Shown here: one piece after another, positions 40,950 to 54,500 of the stretch
How positions within the stretch are numbered: position 1 is the first letter of the stretch
How the letters are laid out: each line of letters starts with the position of its first letter
NCBI GenBank assembly: GCA_973895155.1
Contig: OZ316897.1
Location: 22,357,455 to 22,421,454, forward strand
From: Marsupella aquatica
Lineage: Eukaryota > Plantae > Marchantiophyta
Length of the DNA: 64,000 nt
Direction: 5' to 3'
Position numbers and translations under genes: made by a program
The notes under the pieces: model-generated
The model's database searches: none
Told to the model about the DNA's origin: nothing
The model's input: only the letters and a program-made list of their open reading frames with translations

Positions 40950-43900
40950 CAATAAGTCACCTTCTTCTTCTTTTGCACCTCATTTCCTTTTTTCCAGTCC
41001 TGAACGCCCTATTGTCCATCCATGATCAGACTTGGATCTACACAGTTCAATTTTAAAGTGTTTTGGCACTAATTTCCACTGAAGTAAAGTGCCAGTGACA
41101 CTCATGAATTAGTTCAACCTGAATGATTTCTTTACATAGATCTTAAACAATTATTGTTTGCCCAATGGAAAGAAGGTGGGTGCCCTAGGTTTGGCAAGAA
41201 ACCATGTATAAACTCCCTAGTCCCCTCTTATTGTTGGTACCACTGATTTCCCGCTCACATTAATGAAATGCTAACACCATGTACCATGCTTTACCATCGC
41301 TAGAATGTCTCTTGTGGAATTTTGGAGGAGAGTGGCACGATAGTAGAGGATGGGAGTGACTGTAATGTGAAGGGGGGGGGGGGGGGGATTCTTGGAGGGT
41401 GGTTTAAGGTTATGTATATAACGTGAAAAAAGTGCATGGCATTTCAAGCAATCCAACATTCTCTTGCATTGAACAAAAATTCCTTGAGTGAGATGCTCGT
41501 TGCAGATAAGGAACACTTTATGGTGATGTTAGGATTGAAGTATTTGCACAATTGGATTTGCTTTGCCTAGGTCAGAATGCTTTATTCCATGCCACATCTA
41601 GTGTTTTTGGAATGTTTTTGCTCCCTTTCTCCTGGGAGTCAAGGAGCAACAGGATCCACAGGATCAAGGAATAAAACACTATGATCTAAAAAAGAGATGG
41701 GTAGTTTTAAGATTTGACAAAATAGTAATATTCCTTGGACTCTACAGGAGAGCTCTGGCTTTCTCCTAGAGAATGACTGAGTTGTCGAGTTATGAAAACT
41801 TACTTTTCTTAGCTGAAAATCATGGCCCAATCAAGTACGTTAGCTGGAGGAGAATCTATGTGACATGTGCCCATCAATGAGTTCAGTTGGGAGGATTCGT
41901 GAAGGACACTCCAGACCAGGGTAATTTTAAAGGTATTTCTTATCCTCCGAGTTAGGTGGAGAATGTCATCTTGGTGAACGGGAAGATGCTAGAACATTCT
42001 TTTCTTAAGCTGTTTTAGAATCCAAACATAACCGTCAGATTCTGACTAATGGGGACTTTGGCTAGGTGGAAAAGAGGCTAATCAAAATACAAAAGGCCTG
42101 AGAATTTATTCCAAAAGTGACAACTGCTTTTCAAGTGAGGTGGAATCTGGTGAATTTTCGCCACTGTAAAAGCACTCCTCCAGAAGTTGGGGAACATTAA
42201 GTTTTTGGCAAACCTGAGAATATGGAAAGCAAACATGCCTAATAAAGGACAAAGACATTCTCTAAGTTGTCGTGTTGTCTTTTCGGTTGGTAGCCAATGA
42301 ACAGGCAAAGCTTGAAATTCTATCTATTAGTGTACCTAAGAATGGGCTCTATGACAATCCCACTTACATAACTTTGGGAGAACCACTTTGGCGTGGGTAG
42401 TTGAATTGGTACATTTATCTTGTTAAATTAATATCTATGTGCAACAACATGCTTCTCTGTATCTTGATACTTTCCAATTCTTCTTTTTTGTCATTTTGGC
42501 AATGTCATGAGAAACTCTTGGAGTGACATTCGCCTAGCTGCATATCGAATTTGGTAAACCCTAAACTTCAAAATCTGAGTTGAAAAAGAATCTTAGTTGA
42601 AAAAGAACCTTAGTTAAAGAGAAATTATGGCAGATGATATTCTCTGGTCGTTTCTCGTTTCTGGTTTGTTTTTGTTTTATTTGAGAAGTGGAACGAGGAC
42701 CAATTTATGTATTAGGGCCAAACGAAGTAAGATAGTGTAAAAGCAAAAGGAGTCCAAGGAGCACAATCCCTAAACACAAAAGAAAAGATATTCAAACTCC
42801 AAAATAAGCAAATGATTGGTATGAACTGGACCACTGCAATAGTGTGATTCTCTAATGGTCCACATCTAGTGTTGACACGTGAACAAGGCCTGCAATTCGC
42901 TTTCAGGTTGGAAGACCTCTGCTTCTATAGTTTGTATTTTTAATCCACATTTTTACTTTTGATTATGCTTATTAATTATACCTCAGTGATTCAATGAAAA
43001 AATTAGAACGAGCACAACCCAATAAGATATCAATCACCAGTATCAGGTATCAGTTCCTCCCATAAGTTGTTTTCATATTGAGTCTTCCTACTCAGCAGTG
43101 TTCCAGTGTTGAAAGGGACTCAACAAGGTAAGCCCCTTGAAATTTCAGTCGATGAGGCCATTAAGTGAAAATTTGACTCAGTGAGGTCAAGTGAGAGGAA
43201 AATTTCCAGTTTGACGATGCATGCCATTGAGTGTAATGAGACTCAGAGAGCCTAAATTAAGAATATTCCAGCTCAGGGAGGGCGCCCCGAGGAGTCATGC
43301 AGCAATCCCAGCCAAGAGGAAAATTGCTGATGGGAGTGCGTGATAGCATTTTCTGATTCAACGAGAAAGGTGACAGCAATTGATGGGATTGCCTAATAAT
43401 TGATGGAGTTAACAACCTCAGGTGAACTCTAAGTGTCCACTCTAAGGGTGCTGTCACTTCACTTGATGGCCCACTTGCCTGGGGCGCTCATATTGTTCCC
43501 TCGCAATAAGTCCATGATTCTAAACCCAAAACTGAGATTAGTTCAGATTATCACAATTATCGATCAAATGCAGGAAGATTGTTAAAACCGAGCAATTGCA
43601 CTTATCGAGGCTAGGTGTCACCTTGAAAAGACTAGACACATGACTCATTTAATGCCATGTGTGCTGAGGTTTTTCACCATTGAGGTATTCAGATTCTTGC
43701 AAGCTATGGTAATAAGTTGGTTAGTACTTTAGATACATAACACCAAGCAATTTATTAAAATTGGGGCTGAAACTGCCAGAATTAGATTAGATCGCTGTAT
43801 AATTCGACACTACTAGGGTTTGGATTTGGGGCATGCCAGCTATCTATCTGGGCCAGTTCCGAGGACAGAAGTTAAGTACTAGAGTGGCAACTTGGTTTGC

Positions 43901-45269
43901 AATTCTCAGTGATGAAAAGTTAGCTTTACTTGGTCTCAGACTTTCACTGATGGCCATTTTAATTTTTTGTGACCAAAACTTCTTGGTCTACTTTTCTGCT
44001 TATACCTCAACCACAAAAATATTTTTAGCTGTTTCTCAGCTGTCATGGGTGGCCAATTTAGGGCTGTTGGGCATGGAGATGGTCCCAAAAAGTGGCCCTT
44101 GCCACTCCTATATTATCAGTTAAAAGTGAATGCAGAAATCTCCACAAAATCAACTAACAAAGCAAGTGTAACCTGCCCAAGCAGTCCCGAGCCCTTCCTT
44201 GTCTTGTCCACACCCTCATTCTATCAGGCACTCTGCAGGACATGCTGCAGCAAATTGATCATTCTTTTGTTTCATATGAAATTTCAGGACCTTGAAGGGT
44301 TGGAAACTTTCCAGCCCTTGCCCTTGGATATCCTCAAATGCTGCCGTCAGGTTTCCTGGGGAGGTGGTTAGGCATGAAGCTCTCAGGTACTTATGATTTG
44401 ACATCAGTGAAGTGGAGGGCCAATGTTTTGAGTACTTTCTACATGGAATACAGCCTTTAATTTTTTTTCACCAAAAAGGTTCGTCAATCTACTTTGTAGT
44501 ATTTCCTTGATAACTAGCCAAAACATGTGTTCATGATGTATTTCAACAGATAACACACTTTTCTGGGGCGTTTTGCTTTATATAAAGTTACTCAGGCTAC
44601 ATTTCTGGAGTTCCATTTCTCCCCATTTTCTTGAAATTGTCTGGATATTTTTCCAGCTTACAGAGGTCTCGATTTGCAGTGGGCACCAATTTCTCATAAT
44701 TTTTCATTATTTGCAGCAGTACTTGATGACAGTGAATGTTGTGTGTGAAAGAAGTCCCACATTCAGACTCCCGATTTTTTCTAGCACCTACACAAAGTGC
44801 TTGAGTGCTAAGACAGATCCACCTAACATGGGTCCAGCCTGGCCGGTTCAGGGTTAGAAAGACAATGACAATACGTTGAATTTGAAGGGCCTCTACCTTT
44901 GCAAATGCAAAGATTTCAGATTGGACATGTTCATGAATTTGGGCAGCTTCAAAGATTTTGAATCATGAGTGTTTATGACAATGTAAGTCTGTGAGACTGC
45001 TGAATAATATCCTCACGGAAAAGCTGTTTCTCTGCTTCCAAACCTGGCTCCACCACTTGTTCCTCCAGAGTGGGATATAGTTTGTATCATGGTAGCTCGA
45101 ATGCCATTGACCACTGCCTCAGCTTCTGACTGAATTGGCAAAGATTTGTCGCACTGAATTTGCACTCGAGGGCCTGCTTGACTCTGCAGCAGACTCAGCC
45201 GCTGCACCCTTTTGAGATCAAAATTTGTACAAGCCCACTCAAGATAAATAATAATAAGACAGAAAAAGC

Positions 45270-46200
45270 TCAAGTCTGGAATGAAAAACTATTGTTGAAA
45301 ATTTCCATCCTCACCAACCCTAAACCCTCTGCAGGCACCTGGGAAATGCAAGTAGTCCTTCCAGACTTATTAAAAACCCCATCAGCCTTAAGACCAGCCT
45401 CCTCATGCATGACTCTCAAGCATCCACTTGGAGTCTTCTCGCCGAGTGTAGGCGTAGAATACCATACATAAGTCCTAGGATTTTTACTGCATTGGAAAAA
45501 CAACAATTTATTGTCTGGAAAAATGACAAATTATCTCACACAATGTCTCAATGACATCATGGCCCTAGATAAAAACTGCTGGTCGTAAATGCTCTTCCTG
45601 GTCTTGTCCTTAGCAATACAGTAGTTCTTACTACTTACTCTGGTTCTTATCATTTTGCACAAGTTGTCCATGGAAGCACTTGCAAACTCAAACATCAGCC
45701 TTTATTAAACCAGATATCTCCTTACCACCTCAAATACAAAAATATTCAGTCCTTTGCTGTAGTCCTCTGGAATGCCATTTTGCTGTTAGTGAATTTGCAA
45801 AGATAGTGGCCTCGTGTGAGAATGTAATGACAGTAGCTTCCTTCCACCGTAGATTTGCTCCTCCTCGCTTTGAGCATTCCCTTGCAAGCACACAAACAAT
45901 GGCTCTGGTTTGAACATTGGCAAAAGATCTCATATCAAAATTTGGTTCCTCGTTACATGTCTTGATGGTAGATCTCAAGTTTTCTTTAATACAATATTTG
46001 TGTTAAACACAATGAAAATTAATCTAATGAAACATAGCCCTTTGCAATTTATGATTAAGAGCTCAACCAAAATAGCAAAGAAATCAGTTTAGCTTTTGAT
46101 GGAAGTCATGAACAGCTCACCTGCTACTCTAGCAGATCCCCAAAACTTAAAAAAAATATTGAGTTCATGAATATCAAGGTTTTACACTTGAACTCATTTG
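45270..46200 (-). pseudogene. Decayed Crypton/DUF3504-type tyrosine-recombinase-like gene
   Basis: The minus-strand translation gives, in the expected order: ELNIFFKFWGSARVAGELF; ATVITFSHEATIFANSLTAKWHSRGLQQRTEYFCI*GGKE; RVSSKNY; LLFFQC...VWYSTPTLGEKT...MHEEAGLKADGVFNKSGRTTCISQ. These mirror the remembered DUF3504/Crypton blocks (IT.EEE..L...P.GLQ, F.LRGG.E, SKN, WY...LG.NT, M...AGL...NHSGR.T). There are multiple stops and frameshifts. Confidence 0.72.
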
Positions 46201-46859
46201 GTGAAATGTGGTACATGGGGGTCATCAATTCCCAAAATATCTTGTTAGCTAGAACCAAATTCGAATAATTATTATTTAGTTGTTGGTCGAGCCAAGATGG
46301 CACGACTGTATACAGTGTGCGTCCCATGATCCCCAATGACTCATGATCCTATTGGTTTGGAAGTATAGATAAAACATTCTATTCAAGAAAAAAATAAGGG
46401 AAAAGTAAGGAGTAAAGATAAAATAATTCCGAGTCTTAGAGAGATGGGCAGGCAGGTAGTCGGGCAGGGTCGGGCAGCGAACCCCAAGCCAGTACCGTGC
46501 GTTTGTTATCCGGGCACCACGCGGGCATCCCACTGTACAAAACGGTGACTTATACGGTACTCTGTACCAGGTTGTATGCTGTACCGGGCGTATACTACGT
46601 GTGAACGACCGACGAAGATTTTTGGCGGGTGATCTAATTATTAATTAATTAATGGAAAAGCTTTTTGTGAGAAGACCTGCCCGAGTGGCGTAAGCATGGT
46701 ATCAGCAAAGCGTCCTCTTCCACGCGCTCTTTTGTTTTCTTGAATTCACGGTCACAGAATGACCACATCGTCTGCACCCATCATTCACTAGCAACGCACC
46801 ATCTGTAACCCCCTCGTGTGTGTGTGTGTGTTTTAATTCAATATCATATTGATGAGTCG

Positions 46860-46965
46860 GTGTCAAAGCATTGACATGAGGTTTTATGGCTGTAATTTTT
46901 TGGATACGTGTTTTTTGGGGCGTGTCAAAGCATTGACATAAGGTTTTATGGCTGGAATTTTTTGA
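46860..46965. repeat. ~62-bp tandem duplication
   Basis: GTGTCAAAGCATTGACAT(G/A)AGGTTTTATGGCTG(T/G)AATTTTTT occurs at 46860 and 46922. Confidence 0.85.
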
Positions 46966-47400
46966 ATATATATGTCTTTTTGGGCATGTATGTAAGTCAC
47001 CTATAAGGTTTTTTCCTATACATAAAATCATGTTATGTCCTTGGCAGTGATTCATTTACTACATTGTTTTGACACTCCCTAATACCCCAGCTTGGCATAG
47101 GAATTAAGGTATTTTGACCCCCTTTATTAGGGAGGTTGATTCAAAATTTGAGCCTCGGGTTTTAGGTTATAAATAGAGCAAAATTACATTTGGGGCTTCT
47201 GTTTGTTGATTTTATGGTCACTCCAAGACCATGGCTGTAGCCCTCTTGGGCTCACTGCCTTTGGGGACTAACTACATCTCATAGCCCCATTTAGCCATGG
47301 GTAGCTATCCTTGAACTGGTTGTGCATGCATTTTTCCTGGTCTAAGAGCAGGCTCCTCCCTAAGCCTTGCACTTATGCACTACCTAATGAGTGCGAGGAG

Positions 47401-47431
47401 TTTAGGGTTTAGGGTTTAAACCCTAAACCCT
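47401..47431. repeat. Inverted pair of Arabidopsis-type telomeric repeats
   Basis: TTTAGGGTTTAGGGTTT|AAACCCTAAACCCT; 47404-47431 is a perfect 28-bp palindrome. Confidence 0.85.
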
Positions 47432-50400
47432 GATGTACTTCTAAGTATGTGCAAGATTACATAATTGCAGGATAGGGCAGTTTGAGCACTCAGAGAAACA
47501 TCTTTCACAAAATATAAATGTTCATTGGTACTCATAGGCAATGGAGCTGCTCATGCCCACAATACTCAGGAAGTTCTTTACAAAGGAGAAATGTACTCCC
47601 CAAAAAGTGGTAATTTGCAGCTCATGTCCAAATTACTCAGAGCATCTTCCACAAAAAAGAGAAACGTCCATTGCTCATTGGCCACCATATCTGATCAGTT
47701 TTGTACTCGTGGACAACGGAGCAAAGGATGTCAGAAAAATCTATAGCTTAGTCATATAATAGATCTGACATAAGAGAAGATGTTACCATGACAGAAACTG
47801 AATTGAAACAAATGTGGCAAAGTTATCCAAAATAAATGTACAAGTCAGCCAAACCAACATTTTACTATTGGTCAGCGCGCCCGCAAAAAAGACTTGGGAG
47901 TCATTCTCAAAAGTGAAAAGTCACGCAAAAGCAACCAATCAGTGTGGATTTAGGATGTAAAGTGAGACAGAAGGTCTATTCATTACTCCTGCTACACTAT
48001 TACACACGGGCAAAAAAACCAACATTGGAACGGTGCACCTGAAAAGTGTGGACTCTCATTATTACAAGGAGCAACTCTGATATGAAATTTGTCTGTTTGA
48101 TGTTCGCCAGGCGATTCAATCACAGCTGTGTTTCATTCATTCATTCTACAGTCCATCCCCACCTATTTATCGATGCAGAAAAGGGTGTTTCTATGGTTCT
48201 GTTTTGCCTAATTTTGCTGTTATCCAACCGTCCCACATCATACCGTTATTTGCCATCTGTGGTCTCCAGTGCGATGGAAAATTATTGGAACTAGCCTGAA
48301 TAGAATGAAAACAAAAAAAAATTGAAGAAAAAAAACCAGAAATTTATACTATTTTCCGTTATCTTTGCATACCTATTTTTTTGGCACCTTTGAGATTTGT
48401 CTTACTCATAGTCATTATACATTTTGTCATTATTTGAGTTACGGTCTAAAGACATCACTCTAGACTGTAGCCCTTAAAAGTAGCTTCTGTTTGCAATTAT
48501 ATAGTAAAATGCTCACATTTCACGCATGTGCAATATTTTTGTTGTTCATTTTCTCGTTCACACAAGTGGAAACTATCTGCTCTGGATGTTGGATTTTGAA
48601 GTGCTAGCCATCGCCACGCAAATTGCTGCAGGGACGGGTGTAACTTGCGTGAGAGCGGCAAGGAGGACAAAAATCTCAAAGGTGAAGAGACAAACAAAAA
48701 TGCTATTTGAAGTTGACAGAAAATCAAATAAATGCACATGGACATTGCACTTCCAACGCATGAAGCTGGGGCAATTGGCAGCAATCACACACTCGCAACA
48801 AATGGAATGAATGAATAAGCTGTCCCAAGAAAATACTACTGTACGTTCCACTTTGAGGGAATTTCAGTAATCTATAGTAGAGTATACTACACTTCAGCGC
48901 TGCCGACTGGAATTCGCTAGGGTCGCACACTACGGTAACTCTCCTCGGATTCATGACTTTGTGGTAGCTCATTTGAGTGGAGACTCATAGGTCTGGGTTA
49001 AATCTTCCCTTTCTATGGGGTTTCACAGATTTCCCTTTTAAAAATTAAAAAAAAACTCTCATCAGACTCATGTTGGAAAAATCTCCAAATCTCGCATATG
49101 TACTCCACCAAACTGCTTGTAAGTTTTTAACATAATTTGACTCTGCCTCACCTCAATTTGTTGCTGCATTAAAATTGTGTGCAGTTGGTATTATGCAATA
49201 ACTTTCACCACGTACACATATATGTAGAAATCAAAGGAAGGAGAGGGAGGCATGAGGAACCCAGGGACTCAGGAAGGGAGATGTATCCCCTTATGTGAGG
49301 AAGCAATGAGGCAGGGTAGATCAAGACCGACATAGTGGGCTGGGGGAGGAAGGGAAAGTGTGTGACTGAGTGAGTGCTGATGTGGTAGTGTGCACATCAC
49401 ATATAAAATGGAACGAGTCGACATGCACACAATTGAGCTCAACCAAGCTCGTGCAGTATGTAGCCGAGCCAAAAGTCTGGAAGAGCCCCCAGAACCCTTA
49501 TGCACAATTGTTATATTCTTCATTTTCCTCCTCAGGCACCAGTCTCCCTGGTCCGGGCGATGATGATCATAACAATCAAACAACATTGGATCTACCTTGA
49601 TCTTTTCCTTCATTCGATACTAGTCCTGATTATGTGTGCTTCACACATGACACATTCTTTCTCCCAAAAACATGATTGTGTATTTCCATCCGTTGTTAGT
49701 CCTTACATCCCTTTTGCAGTTTTGCCCAAGAAAAACCCAGTGGTTGCCTCCTCCCATGCTTGTGGTGTCCTGGTAATTTGCACATAAGAAACCTACAGCC
49801 AGTTTCACTTAGAGTAATGCTCAATGATTCAAACAAAATATTTGGGTTTATTATGGTATGGAATGACATAGTACACCATATACTCTCACAATTTGATGTG
49901 CAATTACAAGAACACATAATTATGACCATGTGTCTGTTTAGAACACATGGTCATAATTATGGTTCTAAAAACTTTAAATGACCATGTGTCTGACCCCTAA
50001 AAACTTTAAATAAAGTATTTTTACAATTAAATAGGCCTATGTGCAAGTCAACACTAAAACCACTCACATCCAGAACTGTTTGGTATTCTTCAATACAGAG
50101 TGAGTTGGAGACAAGGGTAATCTTCATGATCTAGATAACTAAGAGAAGATTTGTTCAATCACTCTCAACTGAAACTTGTTGATGTTGTTGAAAGGAGACA
50201 AACACGGTAGAAACCAAACACTATCACATGCAATCCCATTCCTTTTTTCTGGTGGTCTGTTTACCACATGTTGTTTTGGAAGGCTTTGGGAAACAGACCA
50301 TGAGACAATTCATTCTGGCAGAACATTCTCCCTACAGTAGCTATTAGATTATGGTCACATTTTTCTCCTAACCAACAGATGGACCTGAAGGTGCCCCTAT

Positions 50401-51322
50401 GCACTTTTTCCATCCCCAACCCGTCACTCTCCCCTAGCTCGCACGTTCATTGAGATCCACTTCCAGTGATGTCCTGTTCCCTGACCATCTCACTTGTGTT
50501 GACAATACATTCTCACCTTCATCTCACTCAACATCACCTACTATCCACTGCACTCTGAGGCATAGATGTACAGTGGGCGAGTTAAATATAATAGAAGTGA
50601 CCTTGGAGACTGTTTCTTCCAAATAATCTTTACTACTTTGGCCATAGCTGAGCTCACAACACCTGGCTAACTTTGCACAATGCATAGAAACAGATGGCAG
50701 CCGGTGATCAAAGGATAACATTGTAGGTCAGGTCTCAGGAGTCATCATTTGGTGACGCGCCTAACCTCCATAGTCATTTGCAGCTAAAAGCGAAATTTGA
50801 TCCTGAGATCGAGGCTCCAAGACAACATTATGATTAGTCTTCTAGGTGGCTGGCAGACATAAAAATTTGCCATTTCACTGAAACACTTCTGTTAGTTGAG
50901 CGGAGGAACGAACACTTCTACACAGAATCCTATGAGTTCCCCAATCAATTCAAAGAATTTTCTACTAAAAGGTGTGGCAGGAGGGCTTTCTTCGCAACTT
51001 GCATGGTACGTCCCTCAAATACAATATGTCAAGGAATAAAGGTAACGAGTGGGGACGCTTGACTTTTCCTTCCTAAGGTAAATGGAAGTAGTACCATCTA
51101 CGACAAGCACAGGCGTAGTGCATTCAAGTGATTTCCTTATAGTACCCTGTGGTGCTATTATATCAGTATTCTCTTATATATTCTGTATCCGAGAGCATTT
51201 ATAGAAGAATGGGTTGGGGGTAGTTGCATGGCCTTGGCTGTCCACCTGGGTTTTCCTCCAATTCTTTTGTCCCACGACCCCACTCCAAAAGCAACAACAC
51301 AATTTCCAACATGCTGCTAGGA

Positions 51323-51527
51323 CTGACAAAGGGACCATAGCAAACCCAAGAGCCATAATATACGAGTATCATTTGTTTAAAAGGATGGCTTGAACAATCT
51401 GCTCTGTCACTCTGGTGGCAAAATAATGTTGTCTCACAGCTCATACTGACAAAGGGACCATATCAAAACTAAGAGCCATGATATGCGAGCATCATTTCTT
51501 GAAAAGGTTGGCTTGAACAATCTGCTC
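51323..51527. repeat. ~123-bp-period imperfect duplication
   Basis: CTGACAAAGGGACCATA...AAGAGCCAT...ATCATTT...TGGCTTGAACAATCTGCTC occurs at ~51323 and ~51446. Confidence 0.8.
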
Positions 51528-54500
51528 AGTCTCGTGGCAAGATATGTGGCATTCATTTAAATGGACAGCTTGAATCGTGTAGAAATGCAGCGCTGACAAT
51601 AATTAGTATTGGAACCAAAGCCCTACTCAAGCTCAATCACCTTTGACTCCAGCTGCCTGATATAATAGCAAAGTGGATCAGATGAAACTTTCAAAACCAA
51701 ACAGAGTAATGGTGAACTGGATGCACAATGAATCTCCTCTTTGAGTGTAGGATAGGCAGCACTGATGAGAGTCATAAGCCCATGGTCAGCTGGCTGGGAC
51801 AATGTAAAAGGCATAAAGCTGATATGTTTTGATACTTCTGAATATGAGTCTCTAGAGACTCATGTTCCTCTCCCTCCCTTCAGACTCCTGTGGGTTGGGC
51901 GGCAACTAAAACATGTCCTTCCAGGTTCTGCTTCACTATCCCCAGCCTTTGCTCCTCACAGACACTTGGATTCTCCCCTGTGACCTAGTAGTTTTCCATG
52001 CCAGTGGACAGACACAAAAAAAAAAGGTGGAAGTAAGCCATCACTAGCTACTGAATCATTCAAAGGTTACCCTAGGTCTGTTTGTGCAGCTTCTGGCACC
52101 ATGGCGTTTGGTTGGCGTGTGCTCTGGCCCCTGGGTTTGCTTTTCTCTGTTCCCCACTTGTCTTCGCCTTGGAGGTCTTTGCACCATCACCTTTATAAAA
52201 ACCCCAAAAGTGTAATATTGAGGGGAAATACTAGTATTGCACTAAATTCACCTTTTCATGCAAACTGGACAGGGTAGGCCTTTATCTTCTTGAGACATGT
52301 CAATTTTTTAATGCGTGTCAATCTCAGCCCACGTGGGAAAAGCACCGATTGGATGAAAGCAACAAGGGATCCCCCCTAAGCTGCAATAAAGTACGATGTT
52401 ACAAAAGAATTTAGAAAAGGACTCCAAGTGACTAGGCTGCCCCCCTTAATTTAGACAAACTTATGTAGAGGGAATGGGAAAAAGCCCCCTTTTGCAGTTT
52501 GCATCCAACATTTGCCCAAACAAGCAGATAGACTTTTACAACCCCATAGGACTTTGAACAACTGTTTATACATGCTCCAATAGTATCGTTTATAACTTCT
52601 CGACAGTATGTTTTTTATGTACATTCCTATTTTTCTGCAAGGTTAGTGATTGCATATGGGTTGTGCTGGACAACCTTAGATTCTATGGGAGCATCATCTT
52701 CCTGTGGGGTGTTGTAGCAGCTGACTAATAGTCAGAAGAAGTTTGTACTTGATAACTTCTGCTCACCTATCATCCCGTACATCTGTAGATGACCGTCTAC
52801 AGTAAGTTGTTGTTGTCCCTCATTTTCTTTCTTTTTATGAGCTCTAAAGGGTCGCTATGGAACCTTATGCTCAGATCGGATTCCTTATCATTATACAGTA
52901 GTTTGCATGGGATCTCTGGATATGTGCCTTTTGACTAAGATGACACGAGTTTAGTGTCACACACGTTTTCTCTCACACAAATTCATGTTTGGACCATATC
53001 CCCGTCCCCATACCCATCATCATCATTTTGGGGAATCTATGCTTGTGTCATTCCTTGTCAACAAGTGACCCAAATCCCGACCTCAATTTGATTCAAAATT
53101 TCTCACCGTCACGGCTTTGTCATCCTCCCAAAGGTGGCTGAAGGCAAAATCTAGGCGTTTGATTCAAGGCTTTTTTTTGTTGATAAATTCTAAGAGTGGA
53201 CACTGTTCACCTTTATAGTGTTATTCACACTAATTAGAGGCCATACATTTTTGGGATCTACTCATGAAGTTGTGTTACTTTTGAACTCAAGATCATTTCA
53301 TTTTTGTTGTTGCTAGCACTTTAAACACAAGTGGAGAAAATTATTTTAAAAACTTGACAAGAATGAGTGTTACTTTGGACTCAAGGTTATGACCAAAATT
53401 AGTGTTACCATAACTAATTTGGTAGTAATTCTAATTTTTACATAACACTCATCAGGGTGGACAGTAGGTCATCATGAAGTTATTACACATGTCTATCCTT
53501 GGTGTGTTTTCTACAATCCATATTTCACGCACTCCAGAAAGAACCAGGTATGAAAGAATGAACTGGACCCAATGGGGGAAAGACTTACTTCACACATGTA
53601 GAAAACTAGCCCTAATATGCATACCAAGACTCTCATGCTTACTCATAAAATTTATCTTAATCTCAAATTGTTTTGTCACTAGAGAAATTACAGCCTATGG
53701 TTTCACTCTATGGTAGGTCATGAATGGTAAACTTTGGTTGCAAATTATAGTATAGATGTTTTGATACACAAGTTGGTATAACACACAAGTGAGTTTTTAA
53801 AATGCAGTAAGTGGTAATAGGACCCTTAGCTGGACGTTGCGTAGCCACACTCTAGTTATGGCTAAATGAGAGCTTGCAATTCAGGCGGGCTTGCCTGCTG
53901 TGCAAAGAGCATGTCTGAGGAGGACCTTCACGCTTGCAAGGCCAATAGTCTGAGCAGGACGAACAACTTTGATAGTAAAGGTAACAACTTCCATAGCCTG
54001 CTCTGGAGCTCAAACCCCCATAAATTGTCAACTCGAGGTTCAGGATCCTTTGCATTGTATCCATTGACCTCGATCGAATAAAACTCCTATCTCAAATTGG
54101 TGCCCTCAATAGACTTGTATATGATGTGCCCAGATAGGGGTGACTTAATTGATATTGAGGCGTGGAGCCAGGGTGTCGAGGGTATTCACTTGAACTGCGT
54201 ACTAGTAAGGATTCAACTTATACTGCCAGATTGTCTTTGGGATGTGCGTAGTAGCTTTGACTCACTGGCTTTTCTCCTGAAGCATAATGAGCCAACTTTG
54301 AGTTCACAACACTGCCCTGTGGCCTCAACCAGAGTATCATCCATTAATCTATGTTAGTGCAAGAATTAAAGGTTTCTCAATTCGATGTTAGTTTTTTATT
54401 ATGCAACACTTATAAGGTTCTCAATAATCTCCTCTCTGAATTGGTTTCTGGCATTCGCAACGGATTACTCAAAGCCAACTGGAGTCCATTGAACAAGTCC

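Noticed and set aside
41830-42350. LINE zf-RVT-like remnant (ECHLGERED...ILFLSC)
   Set aside because: Needs frameshifts to assemble and has no supporting neighbouring motifs.
47500-52000. Numerous 60-115 aa ORFs on both strands
   Set aside because: No recognisable motifs and no consistent exon chain; probably decayed TE or intergenic DNA.
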